A stretch of DNA of 16,933 nucleotides from Candidatus Calditenuaceae archaeon (GTDB lineage: Archaea > Thermoproteota > Nitrososphaeria_A > Caldarchaeales > Calditenuaceae): positions 1 to 16,933 of the forward strand of contig JANXEU010000008.1 of NCBI GenBank assembly GCA_025058055.1, read 5' to 3'. Made by a program: the position numbers and the translations under genes. This document shows, in pieces, positions 1 to 7,341 of this stretch. Each line of letters opens with the position of its first letter. Within the stretch, counting starts at the first letter, position 1. The notes below the pieces were generated by a model. That model searched no databases and was not told where the DNA came from. It saw only the letters and a program-made list of their open reading frames with translations.

Positions 1-80
1 CTCCCCTTGTTCTTCCGGTTAGCCGGGTTAAAAGGAGTGCGTGGAGAGCTCCGAGGTCGCTCGGTTCGCTGGTCAGCTGC

Positions 81-497
81 TCACTCCGACACTGCCGGGT
101 TCAGCACCCTTAGGCCCTTAGCCACCGCCGCCTCGTTTATCGCGATCGCCTTCCTCCTTCCAACGTTCCCCGCGATCCTCACCGCGTGCACCTTGGGGTC
201 AAGGCCCTCGAGCTCTCCGACGTTGTGGACAAGGACCTCCACGAACCCCGATGGATGGAGGCCCCTGTACCTCCTCTGCGACCTGTAGCCCACCTTCACC
301 AAGTGCGGCCACCCCCTCACCTGAAGCCTCATCTTGCTGTCCTTCCCCCTCGGCCTCCTCCATCCCGACTCAAGCCTCCTGTACCTCCAGGACTCCTGCC
401 TCACGAACTCCGGCCTCTCCTTCCTAGTCCTCAGCACCTTCTTCGGGACCTTCACCGCCGCCTTCGGCTTGACCTCGCGCTGCTCCTCCTCCGACAT
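81..497 (-). CDS. rpl32e: 50S ribosomal protein L32e (eL32)
   Basis: 138-aa ORF with eL32 hallmarks: WRRPRGKDSKMR, GYRSQRRYRGLHPSGF, VLVHNVGELEGLDP, RIAGNVGRRKA and a basic N-terminal tail. ATG at 497..495. Confidence 0.9.
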   Translation of the reverse strand: MSEEEQREVKPKAAVKVPKKVLRTRKERPEFVRQESWRYRRLESGWRRPRGKDSKMRLQVRGWPHLVKVGYRSQRRYRGLHPSGFVEVLVHNVGELEGLDPKVHAVRIAGNVGRRKAIAINEAAVAKGLRVLNPAVSE

Positions 498-519
498 CGA
501 CGCAGTTTCTCTCCAGACG

Positions 520-530
520 CCTATTATACC
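520..530 (-). promoter_or_regulatory. TATA-box-like element upstream of rpl32e
   Basis: The minus strand reads GGTATAATAGG, lying 24-33 nt upstream of the rpl32e ATG. This is the archaeal TATA distance expected for a leaderless or near-leaderless mRNA. Confidence 0.4.
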
Positions 531-614
531 GTTCTCGTCTCCTTTGGGCTCTGCCCCCTCGACCCTCTCCGTAAACCTCTATTAGTCGAAGGAAGCGCTA
601 AACGCGGTGGGTCC

Positions 615-809
615 TTGGCATCGAGGCTTCAGTCGCTGATCGTGAGGTTGATCGCGAAGGCCGCCGGCGCCGTTGCGATTTACATAGGGTTGAGCCTCCT
701 GACCGGACTGATCTCGCTGACCTATGCCGTCGAGCCTATTATCCCCTCGTTCACCGCGTTCGTCGGCACCGCGCTGATCCTCGCAGGAGTCCTTGCGCTT
801 CTGAGCTAG
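615..809 (+). CDS. small hydrophobic protein with two predicted TM helices; start uncertain (TTG 615 or GTG 642)
   Basis: This is the C-terminal part of the 186..809 ORF, outside the rpl32e overlap. It translates to ...AAGAVAIYIGLSLLTGLISLTYAVEPIIPSFTAFVGTALILAGVLALLS, two hydrophobic helices. Third-codon positions are strongly G/C, like neighbouring real genes. It ends 10 nt before thrC. Confidence 0.35.
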   Translation: MASRLQSLIVRLIAKAAGAVAIYIGLSLLTGLISLTYAVEPIIPSFTAFVGTALILAGVLALLS

Positions 810-819
810 GGTAGGGAAT

Positions 820-2040
820 GTGAGACGCCTCAGTGTGATCTGCATCGAATGTTCTGAAGATCACGGACTCGAGATGAGGAGTTACAGGTGCAGGTGTTGC
901 GGCGGCCCTCTGGAGGTGCGCGTCGAGACCGATCAGGTCTTCTCGCTCAACTCCCTCTCCGGAAGAGTTCAGAGCATCTGGAGGTACGAGGAGCTGCTGC
1001 CCGATCTCGGGAACCCCGTCACCCTCGGCGAGGGCATGACGAGGCTGGTCCGATGTGAGCGGTTGGCCAAGCTCATCGGCGTCAGGAACCTCTACGTCAA
1101 GCTCGAGGGTACCAACCCAACCGGCAGCTTCAAGGACAGGGGAATCAGCGTAGGTGTGACCGTCGCCCTGAGGGCCGGTGCAGATAAGGTCGTCTGCGCT
1201 TCCACGGGCAACACCGCCGCCTCGCTCGCCGCCTATGCGGCTAGGGCCGGTCTCGAGTGCGCCGTTCTGATCCCGAAGGGCAAGGTTGCCTCCGGGAAGC
1301 TCTTTCAAGCTAGGCTCTTCGGGGCCGTGGTCTGCGAGGTCTCCGGAACCTTCGACGACGCCCTCAGGACGGCCCTCAGAGAGGCCGAGTCCATCGGCGC
1401 CTACGTCCTCAACTCCGTCAACCCGTGGAGGCTCGAGGGTCAGAAGACCGCCGCCTTCGAGCTCTGGGAGCAGATGTCGGGAGACACGTCGTTCGACGTC
1501 GTCGTACCCGTCGGTAACGCAGGCAACATCTCGGCCATCTGGAAGGGCTTCGAGGAGCTCTCACGTCACGGCCTCATCGACGATCTACCTAGGATGATCG
1601 GTGCACAGTCCTCCGGTGCGGCACCGCTCGCCAGGATGATGAGGCTGGGGCTCGACGAACCCTCGTGGGTAGACGACCCTCAGACGATCGCCTCGGCCAT
1701 CAGGATCGGCCGTCCCGTGAACTGGAAGAGGGCCATTAGAGCGGTCAGGAGATCCGGTGGAATGATCTACGATGTCGAGGACTCGGAGATACTCGAAGCG
1801 ATGCGGCTAATGGCGACTTCCGAGGGGATCGCGACCGAGCCCGCTGGTGCGGCGCCGATTGCGCTACTGAAGTCCAAGATACAGTCTGGTGAGCTCCCGC
1901 GCGACCTGACCTACGTCTGCATAGCCACCGGCCATCACCTCAAGGACCCGAGCTCGGCTCTCGTCTCCTGGAACGAGCCTGTGCCCGTGGAAGATTACCT
2001 GACCAGAGCCGGCCTTCAACGAACTCGGTTCAGGGAATAG
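820..2040 (+). CDS. thrC: threonine synthase (PLP-dependent)
   Basis: 406 aa with an N-terminal Cys-rich zinc-ribbon (CIEC...CRCCGGPLEV). It has the PLP-lysine motif EGTNPTGSFKDRG and glycine-rich segments (ASTGNTAAS, VPVGNAGN). GTG start at 820. Confidence 0.9.
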   Translation: MRRLSVICIECSEDHGLEMRSYRCRCCGGPLEVRVETDQVFSLNSLSGRVQSIWRYEELLPDLGNPVTLGEGMTRLVRCERLAKLIGVRNLYVKLEGTNPTGSFKDRGISVGVTVALRAGADKVVCASTGNTAASLAAYAARAGLECAVLIPKGKVASGKLFQARLFGAVVCEVSGTFDDALRTALREAESIGAYVLNSVNPWRLEGQKTAAFELWEQMSGDTSFDVVVPVGNAGNISAIWKGFEELSRHGLIDDLPRMIGAQSSGAAPLARMMRLGLDEPSWVDDPQTIASAIRIGRPVNWKRAIRAVRRSGGMIYDVEDSEILEAMRLMATSEGIATEPAGAAPIALLKSKIQSGELPRDLTYVCIATGHHLKDPSSALVSWNEPVPVEDYLTRAGLQRTRFRE

Positions 2041-2072
2041 ATTCATCACTGACCTCGACATCCACGTCTCTG

Positions 2073-2396
2073 ATGAGCGAGGAGGAGATCACGCTGGAGA
2101 AGGTGATCGAAGCCCTCAAGATGTGCTACGACCCGGAGATACCGGTCAACATCGTTGACTTAGGGCTCATCTACGACGTCCAGATCAACAAGGAGGAGCG
2201 CTCCGTCTACGTCAAGATGACCCTCACCGCGCCCGGCTGCCCCGTCGGGTTCCTCGTCGTAGAACAGGTGAAGGGCGCCATCTCGTCGATGATACCCTCC
2301 GTGAAGAAGGTGGACGTGGAGCTGACTTTCAGCCCACCTTGGACTCCTGACAGGATGTCCGAGGAGGCTCGGGAGATCCTAGGGCTGAGCCTCTGA
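2073..2396 (+). CDS. DUF59/MIP18-family Fe-S cluster assembly protein (SufT/PaaD-like)
   Basis: 107 aa with CYDPEIPVNIVDLGLIYDV, MTLTAPGCPV and FSPPWTPDRMSEEA, typical of the DUF59 family. It lies 32 nt after thrC with no TATA-like element between, so it is probably co-transcribed. Confidence 0.8.
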   Translation: MSEEEITLEKVIEALKMCYDPEIPVNIVDLGLIYDVQINKEERSVYVKMTLTAPGCPVGFLVVEQVKGAISSMIPSVKKVDVELTFSPPWTPDRMSEEAREILGLSL

Positions 2397-2413
2397 TCGC
2401 GCGTTCAAACGGC

Positions 2414-3511
2414 TCAGTTCTGCTTCTCGCCGAAGAGCCTTGCCATCAAGTCGTCCAACCTCCTGAGACGCTCATCAGCGACGTTAGCCGGCAGCTTGGA
2501 GTACCTAATCGCCTCCCTTAGGTCGTAAACCAGCTGCTCCGAGTTGACCCCCATCGCTGCCCTATCGGCGTGTAGAACTGCCCTGTCCTCGAGTGAGGGG
2601 ACCACCTGATAGAGCGTCATCGAACATATCGCCAAGAACCTGAGCGTCTCCTTGCCCACGCCATTGGTTATCAGTAGCTCTTCAAACGACTCCGGAGGAG
2701 ACGACTTGAGCCGTGATATCACGTTCCACCTCACCCTCACGGGTTGCATGAGAGGGTTGTCGTTGTCGGGCAGGCCCTCCAAGAACTCGGCCAGAGACCT
2801 CTGAACTGCAGGCCTGTAAGAGCTCTGAACCCTTCTGAGCACGGCCTCCCTCTCCTCTAAGACGCTCAGCGAGCACTTCCTGAGCTCGACGTTCCTGGAG
2901 TTCGTGAAGTCGAGGCTGTACCTGCTCTTGGACTCCGCAAGTATCATCGCATGTGGTTCGTCGACCATCGACCTCTCCCTGGCCTTCCCCGAGTACCACT
3001 GGTAGAGCCTGCCGAGAACGCTCTTGTGACCCACTTGTATGACCGACCACTCGCCGGAGGTGCAGAAGACCATCACGTGTAGGTAAAGGTCGTAGCCGTC
3101 CTGTACCGCGACGCTGTCCACCTTCGCCGTCATCCTGCTCGCCAGCTTCAGCGCGTTCACCTCTTTCGCGGTCAGCCCCATGTAATTCGACAACGCCTCG
3201 AGCTCGTCGGGCACCCTGAACTTCTCGTTGACGGAGCCTCCTACAACTCCCACCTGCCACTCCAAGTTCAGCACGTCCTTCAGGAGCCTGAAGAGGAGTT
3301 CTACTGAGCCCGTGCTGAGCGTCTCATCGCCGATCAGAACCGCTACGCCCCTCAAACCCGCGGGGTCCCCGAGAAGCTCCACGAACCTCTCCGGCCCGAA
3401 GTAACCGATGAAAGAGTCCGAGATGTGTCTGAGCTCCACTCTCAGTTTTTCATAAACGCCCCTTGTTACCTTTCGATGGTGGTGGTCTATTCTCGTCGAG
3501 GACCACCGCAT
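2414..3511 (-). CDS. conserved hypothetical protein, DUF763-like (divergent)
   Basis: 365-aa ORF. The segment SRMTAKVDSVAVQDGYDLYLHVMVF...GEWSVIQVGHK...RLYQWYS resembles the central block I recall for DUF763 (AKVD..AVQDGY.LY.H ... QQGMN ... RRYHW). The family assignment is from memory, not from a search. Confidence 0.55.
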   Translation of the reverse strand: MRWSSTRIDHHHRKVTRGVYEKLRVELRHISDSFIGYFGPERFVELLGDPAGLRGVAVLIGDETLSTGSVELLFRLLKDVLNLEWQVGVVGGSVNEKFRVPDELEALSNYMGLTAKEVNALKLASRMTAKVDSVAVQDGYDLYLHVMVFCTSGEWSVIQVGHKSVLGRLYQWYSGKARERSMVDEPHAMILAESKSRYSLDFTNSRNVELRKCSLSVLEEREAVLRRVQSSYRPAVQRSLAEFLEGLPDNDNPLMQPVRVRWNVISRLKSSPPESFEELLITNGVGKETLRFLAICSMTLYQVVPSLEDRAVLHADRAAMGVNSEQLVYDLREAIRYSKLPANVADERLRRLDDLMARLFGEKQN

Positions 3512-3532
3512 GAGGCTTTTAGCATCCAGCCA

Positions 3533-3545
3533 AATTATAAAAATT
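3533..3545 (-). promoter_or_regulatory. TATA-box-like element upstream of the DUF763-like gene
   Basis: The minus strand reads TTTTTATAATTT, 22-34 nt upstream of the ATG at 3511. Confidence 0.4.
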
Positions 3546-3615
3546 TCACTAAAATTATGTTCAAGGTAATACTGAAGGATACCTCTGAGAATGTGACTTG
3601 AGCTTCACTTCAGAT

Positions 3616-3855
3616 TCATCCGGGCCGTAGAAGGTCCTGTAGCGGTACGTCCTCATACGTTCCGTCAGGGTAGCGGCGCCGTATCACGATCGGGAGAACT
3701 GCGGCCTTGAACTCCCTCATCGCCAGCGTGAAGCTCGTGTCGTTCTGATTCGGTTTCACTAGAGGAAAGGCACCCATGGACAGCTGAAGGGCCCTTCCAC
3801 CGATTATTCTAGTTTCCTCGTACTTAGTGAGCCTGCGTTTAAGGGTTAGGACCAT
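3616..3855 (-). CDS. rpoK: DNA-directed RNA polymerase subunit K (Rpo6)
   Basis: 79 aa with LTKYEETRIIGGRALQLSMGA ... AMREFKAAVLPIVIRRRYPDGTYEDV, the RpoK/Rpb6 signature. It starts 7 nt after the thermosome stop codon. Confidence 0.85.
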   Translation of the reverse strand: MVLTLKRRLTKYEETRIIGGRALQLSMGAFPLVKPNQNDTSFTLAMREFKAAVLPIVIRRRYPDGTYEDVPLQDLLRPG

Positions 3856-3862
3856 GATCCGT

Positions 3863-5518
3863 TCAGTCGAACTCGGTCGACTTCTCTTCCTCTTCCTCCT
3901 CTTTCTTCCCCTTCTTCGACTCCTTCTCGGAGAGCTTGGAGGCAGCGATGACGTCGTCTATCTTTAGTACTAGTGACGCCGCCTCGACAGCAGACTTCAC
4001 GACCTGTTTCTTCACCGCTATCGGATCGATGACGTTCACGGCCAGCATGTTGTGCAGTCTGGAGTTCATGACGTCAACGCCGAAGGCCAGTTCGTTCTCC
4101 TTGTGCTTGCTCCTCAGCGTCACGATGCTCTCAACCGGGTCGAGTCCTGCGTTCTCGGCCAGCTGCATCGGCACAACCTCGAGGGCCTCTGCGAACTTAT
4201 CGACCGCGAGCTGTTCCTTCCCCGGCAGCGTCCTTGCGAAGTCCCTCAGCCTCAGCGCCAGCTCCGTCTCGATCGCACCTCCACCGGGAACGATCTTCGG
4301 CTCCACGAGGATGTCCTTGACGACGTTGAGGGCGTCCTTGAGCGATCTCTCGGCCTCGTCGACTATCCTCTGCGTTCCTCCCCTGACTAGGATCGTGAGG
4401 GCCCTGGGGTTCTCGCAGCCCTCAACGAAGACCATCTTGTCCTCGCCGACTCTTCTCTCCTCGACCAAAGCCGCCTTTCCGAGGTCTTCTGGCGTCAGGT
4501 CGTCGACCCTCGAGATCACCCTGCCGCCTGTTGCCTTGGCGAGCTTCTCCATGTCGCTCTTCTTTATCCTCCTGACAGCCAAAACCCCCTTCCTAGCGAG
4601 GAAGTGCTGCGCTAGGTCGTCTATGCCCTTTTGACAGAGAACGACGTTAGCCCCTGTGCCCACGATCTTGTCGACCATCTCCTTCAGCATCCTCTCCTCC
4701 TGCTCCATGAAGGCCCTCATCTGCTCGGGGGTCTCGATGTGCAGCTTCGCGTCGAACTCTGTCTTCTCGATCTCCAGCGGCGCGTCGAGGAGAGCTATCC
4801 TCGCGTTTCTGACTAGCCTCGGCATGTCCGGATGAACGACCTCCTTGTCCAAGACTATCCCCTGTACCAGCACCGTGTCTCCGATCGACATGCCCTCCTT
4901 CTTCTCCACCTTCACGTCGTCGAGGTCTACCTTCCACTTCCCGTTCTCCTTCTGGGCGACTCTCAGCACCGCATCTACCGCTACCTTCGCCAGATGGTCG
5001 GCGTACTCGCTGACCAGCTTGCTCGCTAGAGAGGTCTTCGCGATCTTCATGAGGTAATCCCTGTCCTGCAGGTCCACCGACCTACCTATCTCGTCAAGTA
5101 TCCTCAGCGCCTCGGTCGCGGCCTTCTTGTATCCCTCTATGATGAGCGACGGGTGAATCTCCTTCTCGATCAGCTCCTCGGCCCTCGAGAGCAGCTCGCC
5201 AGCGATGACGACCGCGGTCGTCGTTCCGTCCCCGACCTCCTCGTCCTGGGCCTTCGCGACCTCGACCAGCATCTTTGCTACCGGGTGCTCCACGTCCATC
5301 TCCTTGAGGATGGTGGCACCGTCGTTGGTGATGACGACGTCTCCGAAACTGTCGACGAGCATCTTGTCCATGCCTCTCGGGCCGAGTGCTGTCCTCATCG
5401 CTTCTGCGATCGCTTTTGCCACCATGATGTTCGCCGACTGCGCTTCCCTTCCCCTGGTCCTCTGAGTTCCCTCTTTCAGGATGATTACTGGTACCGTACC
5501 TCCTGGAGCTGCTGCCAT
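3863..5518 (-). CDS. ths: thermosome subunit (group II chaperonin, CCT/TCP-1 family)
   Basis: 551 aa with [64 protein letters not shown] and an acidic/lysine-rich C-terminal tail. Confidence 0.95.
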   Translation of the reverse strand: MAAAPGGTVPVIILKEGTQRTRGREAQSANIMVAKAIAEAMRTALGPRGMDKMLVDSFGDVVITNDGATILKEMDVEHPVAKMLVEVAKAQDEEVGDGTTTAVVIAGELLSRAEELIEKEIHPSLIIEGYKKAATEALRILDEIGRSVDLQDRDYLMKIAKTSLASKLVSEYADHLAKVAVDAVLRVAQKENGKWKVDLDDVKVEKKEGMSIGDTVLVQGIVLDKEVVHPDMPRLVRNARIALLDAPLEIEKTEFDAKLHIETPEQMRAFMEQEERMLKEMVDKIVGTGANVVLCQKGIDDLAQHFLARKGVLAVRRIKKSDMEKLAKATGGRVISRVDDLTPEDLGKAALVEERRVGEDKMVFVEGCENPRALTILVRGGTQRIVDEAERSLKDALNVVKDILVEPKIVPGGGAIETELALRLRDFARTLPGKEQLAVDKFAEALEVVPMQLAENAGLDPVESIVTLRSKHKENELAFGVDVMNSRLHNMLAVNVIDPIAVKKQVVKSAVEAASLVLKIDDVIAASKLSEKESKKGKKEEEEEEKSTEFD

Positions 5519-5550
5519 ACCAAAACCACCTGTACAGACTCAGAAACGGC

Positions 5551-5561
5551 TTAAATATAAA
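5551..5561 (-). promoter_or_regulatory. TATA-box-like element upstream of the thermosome gene
   Basis: The minus strand reads TTTATATTTAA, 33-43 nt upstream of the ATG at 5518. This implies a short 5' leader. Confidence 0.5.
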
Positions 5562-5648
5562 CCTCGGACGAAGCGCCGAACGCGCTCGAGATGAGCGAAG
5601 GGCCTTCTGGTTTGTAGGGCAAGCTCCCCTTGAATGAGGCCTGTGGTC

Positions 5649-6569
5649 TCAGAAACCTTCTCTCGCAGCGAGTAGAGCCCTCACAATCCCGAAGAACAAA
5701 CTCTCGGCTGTCAGGAAGCCGGCTCCATCCACTCTAACCGCGCAAACGCCCGACTCGATCGCTGCCTTCAACGCCTCGTAGAGCGTGGTACCCTTCCGAA
5801 TCGTCGGAGGACCGATGAGGGTCGACCTGAAATTTATCAACGGCTTGTCAAGGAACGAGCGCGTGTCCTCGAGCATCATGTTGACGGCCTCAGGCGATGA
5901 GAGCAACTTGAGTAGGCTTGACGGTGTGACTACGAGTTCCCCTTCATCGAGCTTGAACAGGGTCTCTCTGGATCGCGATATGAGCCGAGCCACTTCTCCC
6001 AGCGGAGAGTCTAGGGCCAACGTCCTCACGTTCGCCGTCAGCCCATCGACGTCTAGACTTTTCAGCAGGGCCCTAGTTAACGGATGAGACATCAGCGCCT
6101 TGTGTAGGCTATTAGGCGAAAGCACGCCGATTGACCTTGACCCGTCGCTTACAACCGCCAAGTAAGACTTTGACCTTACCAATTCCTCGAGGGCCTCTCC
6201 CATCATGTCGTTCAGCTCCAACGTGGGGACAGGCCTCGCCACATCGCTAACCGTTATCCTGAGGAGGCCCTTCTTTGATGTGTTTAAGTTCTCTCCGAGA
6301 GCCCTTATCGCCTCCAAAGGGGTTATGCCGCCGGTCACCCTCGAGTACCTGTCGAGGACGAGCATCCCGTCCATGCAGAGCGCCGACATCCACATCAAGG
6401 ATCCGAGTAGAGGTTGGTCTTCACGCGTGAAGGCCATGGAGTGTGCGATCTCATAAGGCGTTAGATCGCCCAATGAACTCGCGAAGAGCGGGCTATCCTC
6501 GCTGCTCACCTCCTGCGACCCTCGACCTTCACCCTTGCGAGTATAGACATACACGGTAACTATAGACAT
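5649..6569 (-). CDS. stand-alone CBS-domain protein (four CBS-like repeats, two Bateman modules)
   Basis: 306 aa containing four repeats with a CBS-like pattern, for example FTREDQPLLGSLMWMSALCMDGMLVLDRYSRVTGGITPLEAIRAL. It is colinear with the 13435..14319 product along its whole length. An alternative leaderless GTG start at 6554 is possible. Confidence 0.6.
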   Translation of the reverse strand: MSIVTVYVYTRKGEGRGSQEVSSEDSPLFASSLGDLTPYEIAHSMAFTREDQPLLGSLMWMSALCMDGMLVLDRYSRVTGGITPLEAIRALGENLNTSKKGLLRITVSDVARPVPTLELNDMMGEALEELVRSKSYLAVVSDGSRSIGVLSPNSLHKALMSHPLTRALLKSLDVDGLTANVRTLALDSPLGEVARLISRSRETLFKLDEGELVVTPSSLLKLLSSPEAVNMMLEDTRSFLDKPLINFRSTLIGPPTIRKGTTLYEALKAAIESGVCAVRVDGAGFLTAESLFFGIVRALLAAREGF

Positions 6570-6652
6570 ATAGTGTTATTTAAATTTAACTTTAAACTCA
6601 ACGAGTTAGGGGATCGAGAAGTCCACCACCTCAAGGTATATAGACTAATCGC
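6570..6652. promoter_or_regulatory. AT-rich divergent promoter region
   Basis: 83-nt spacer between divergent genes. TTTAAAGTTAAATTTAAATA (minus strand, 6578..6597) faces the CBS gene. GGTATATAG (6635..6643, plus strand) is centred about 27 nt before the ATG at 6668. Confidence 0.45.
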
Positions 6653-6949
6653 ATGAGAGGTCGTCGGATGCCCCGAATAAAGGTGGTCGTTACGGCTCCG
6701 TTGGCCACACACATGGGCGGCTTGAGAGAGGTGGAGGTGGAGGCGGAGACGGTGAGGGAGGTGATCGGTCAGCTGGTCGAGAGGTTCGGTGCGGAGCTGA
6801 GGAACAGGCTCCTCGATGACTCGGGAAGGCTGAGGAGGTTCGTCAACCTCTACGTCAACGACTCCTACGTGGATCCGGAGGAGGATCGCCGCCTCTCGGA
6901 AGGTGATGAGGTCCTTATATTGCCGGCCGTGAGTGGAGGTATCGCATGA
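6653..6949 (+). CDS. MoaD/ThiS-family ubiquitin-fold small protein with a GG-IA C-terminus
   Basis: The product reads MPRIKVVV...REVEVEAETVREVIGQLVERFGAELRNRLLDD...RRFVNLYVNDSYVD...LSEGDEVLILPAVSGGIA, a beta-grasp MoaD/ThiS/SAMP-like pattern. The likelier start is the ATG at 6668, given the TATA spacing and the MoaD-like MPRIKV N-terminus. The longest ORF starts at 6653. Confidence 0.8.
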   Translation: MRGRRMPRIKVVVTAPLATHMGGLREVEVEAETVREVIGQLVERFGAELRNRLLDDSGRLRRFVNLYVNDSYVDPEEDRRLSEGDEVLILPAVSGGIA

Positions 6950-7341
6950 GGCGGGCAACTGCTTTGGGCATAGTTATCGGGGTTCTGCTGCTGGTGAACG
7001 TCTTCATCGGCGAGGCAAGGCTGGCGTGGACCCTTCTTCCGGTGCACATAGCGTTAGGAGCCACGGCCTTTGGAGCCTCAATTTTCTACTCGGTCATCTC
7101 CAGAGGCTACAGACCGGCGGTGATCTTCGGTGCGCTGCTCGTGGTACTCATAGGCCTTCAAGGCACCCTCGGACTGATGATGGTCTTCGGGCTTCACGGC
7201 CAGCTCATAGAGACCGCCCACAGGTTCGCCGGCAACGCCAGCTTCCTCATCGGTCTGGTCGGAGGTATAGTCGTCGGGAGAATGTATCGAAGGGCAACGT
7301 CGTCAACGGGTCAGCAACCTCTTCTCACGTCCCCTTCTTAG
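6946..7341 (+). CDS. integral membrane protein, four predicted TM helices, unknown function
   Basis: 131 aa with four hydrophobic segments. His residues sit in or at TM2, TM3 and TM4 (LPVHIALG, GLHGQ, ETAHRFAG). Its ATG overlaps the upstream stop codon (gcATGa). Third-codon positions are G/C-biased like real genes. Confidence 0.6.
   Translation: MRRATALGIVIGVLLLVNVFIGEARLAWTLLPVHIALGATAFGASIFYSVISRGYRPAVIFGALLVVLIGLQGTLGLMMVFGLHGQLIETAHRFAGNASFLIGLVGGIVVGRMYRRATSSTGQQPLLTSPS

Noticed and set aside
1-80. Expected rpl19e start directly downstream of rpl32e on the minus strand
   Set aside because: I translated all three minus-strand frames of the 80 nt. None gives the L19e N-terminal pattern (L..QRRLAA..L..G..RVW.DP). 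Only a faint FNP match appeared and no start codon. There is too little sequence to call.
186-614. N-terminal two thirds of the 207-aa plus-strand ORF 186..809
   Set aside because: It is antisense to the well-supported rpl32e gene. It is Pro/Arg/Leu-rich and low-complexity, as expected for the antisense frame of a GC-rich gene. Only the distal hydrophobic part beyond rpl32e is considered possibly real.
751-1308. 185-aa minus-strand ORF, plus the 1286..1597 plus-strand ORF, inside thrC
   Set aside because: They are antisense or alternative frames of the clearly coding thrC gene. Their composition is Gly/Arg/Pro/Ser-rich and typical of GC-rich off-frames, with no recognisable motifs.
2043-2049. 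C-box-like GTGATGA on the minus strand followed by CTGA, a possible C/D box sRNA at the thrC 3' end
   Set aside because: The spacer to the CTGA is only 9 nt. No convincing C'/D pair or terminal stem follows. It overlaps the thrC stop region. RUGAUGA-like heptamers also occur by chance several times inside CDSs here.
2682-3260. 192-aa alternative-frame ORF within the DUF763-like gene
   Set aside because: It is on the same strand but out of frame with the longer motif-bearing ORF. The translation is Arg/Gly/Glu-rich and low-complexity.
3936-4634. 232-aa plus-strand ORF antisense to the thermosome gene, along with several shorter ones at 4052..5554
   Set aside because: They oppose an unambiguous chaperonin gene. 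The Ser/Thr/Ala-rich translation is the typical antisense image of a Glu/Lys/Val-rich gene.
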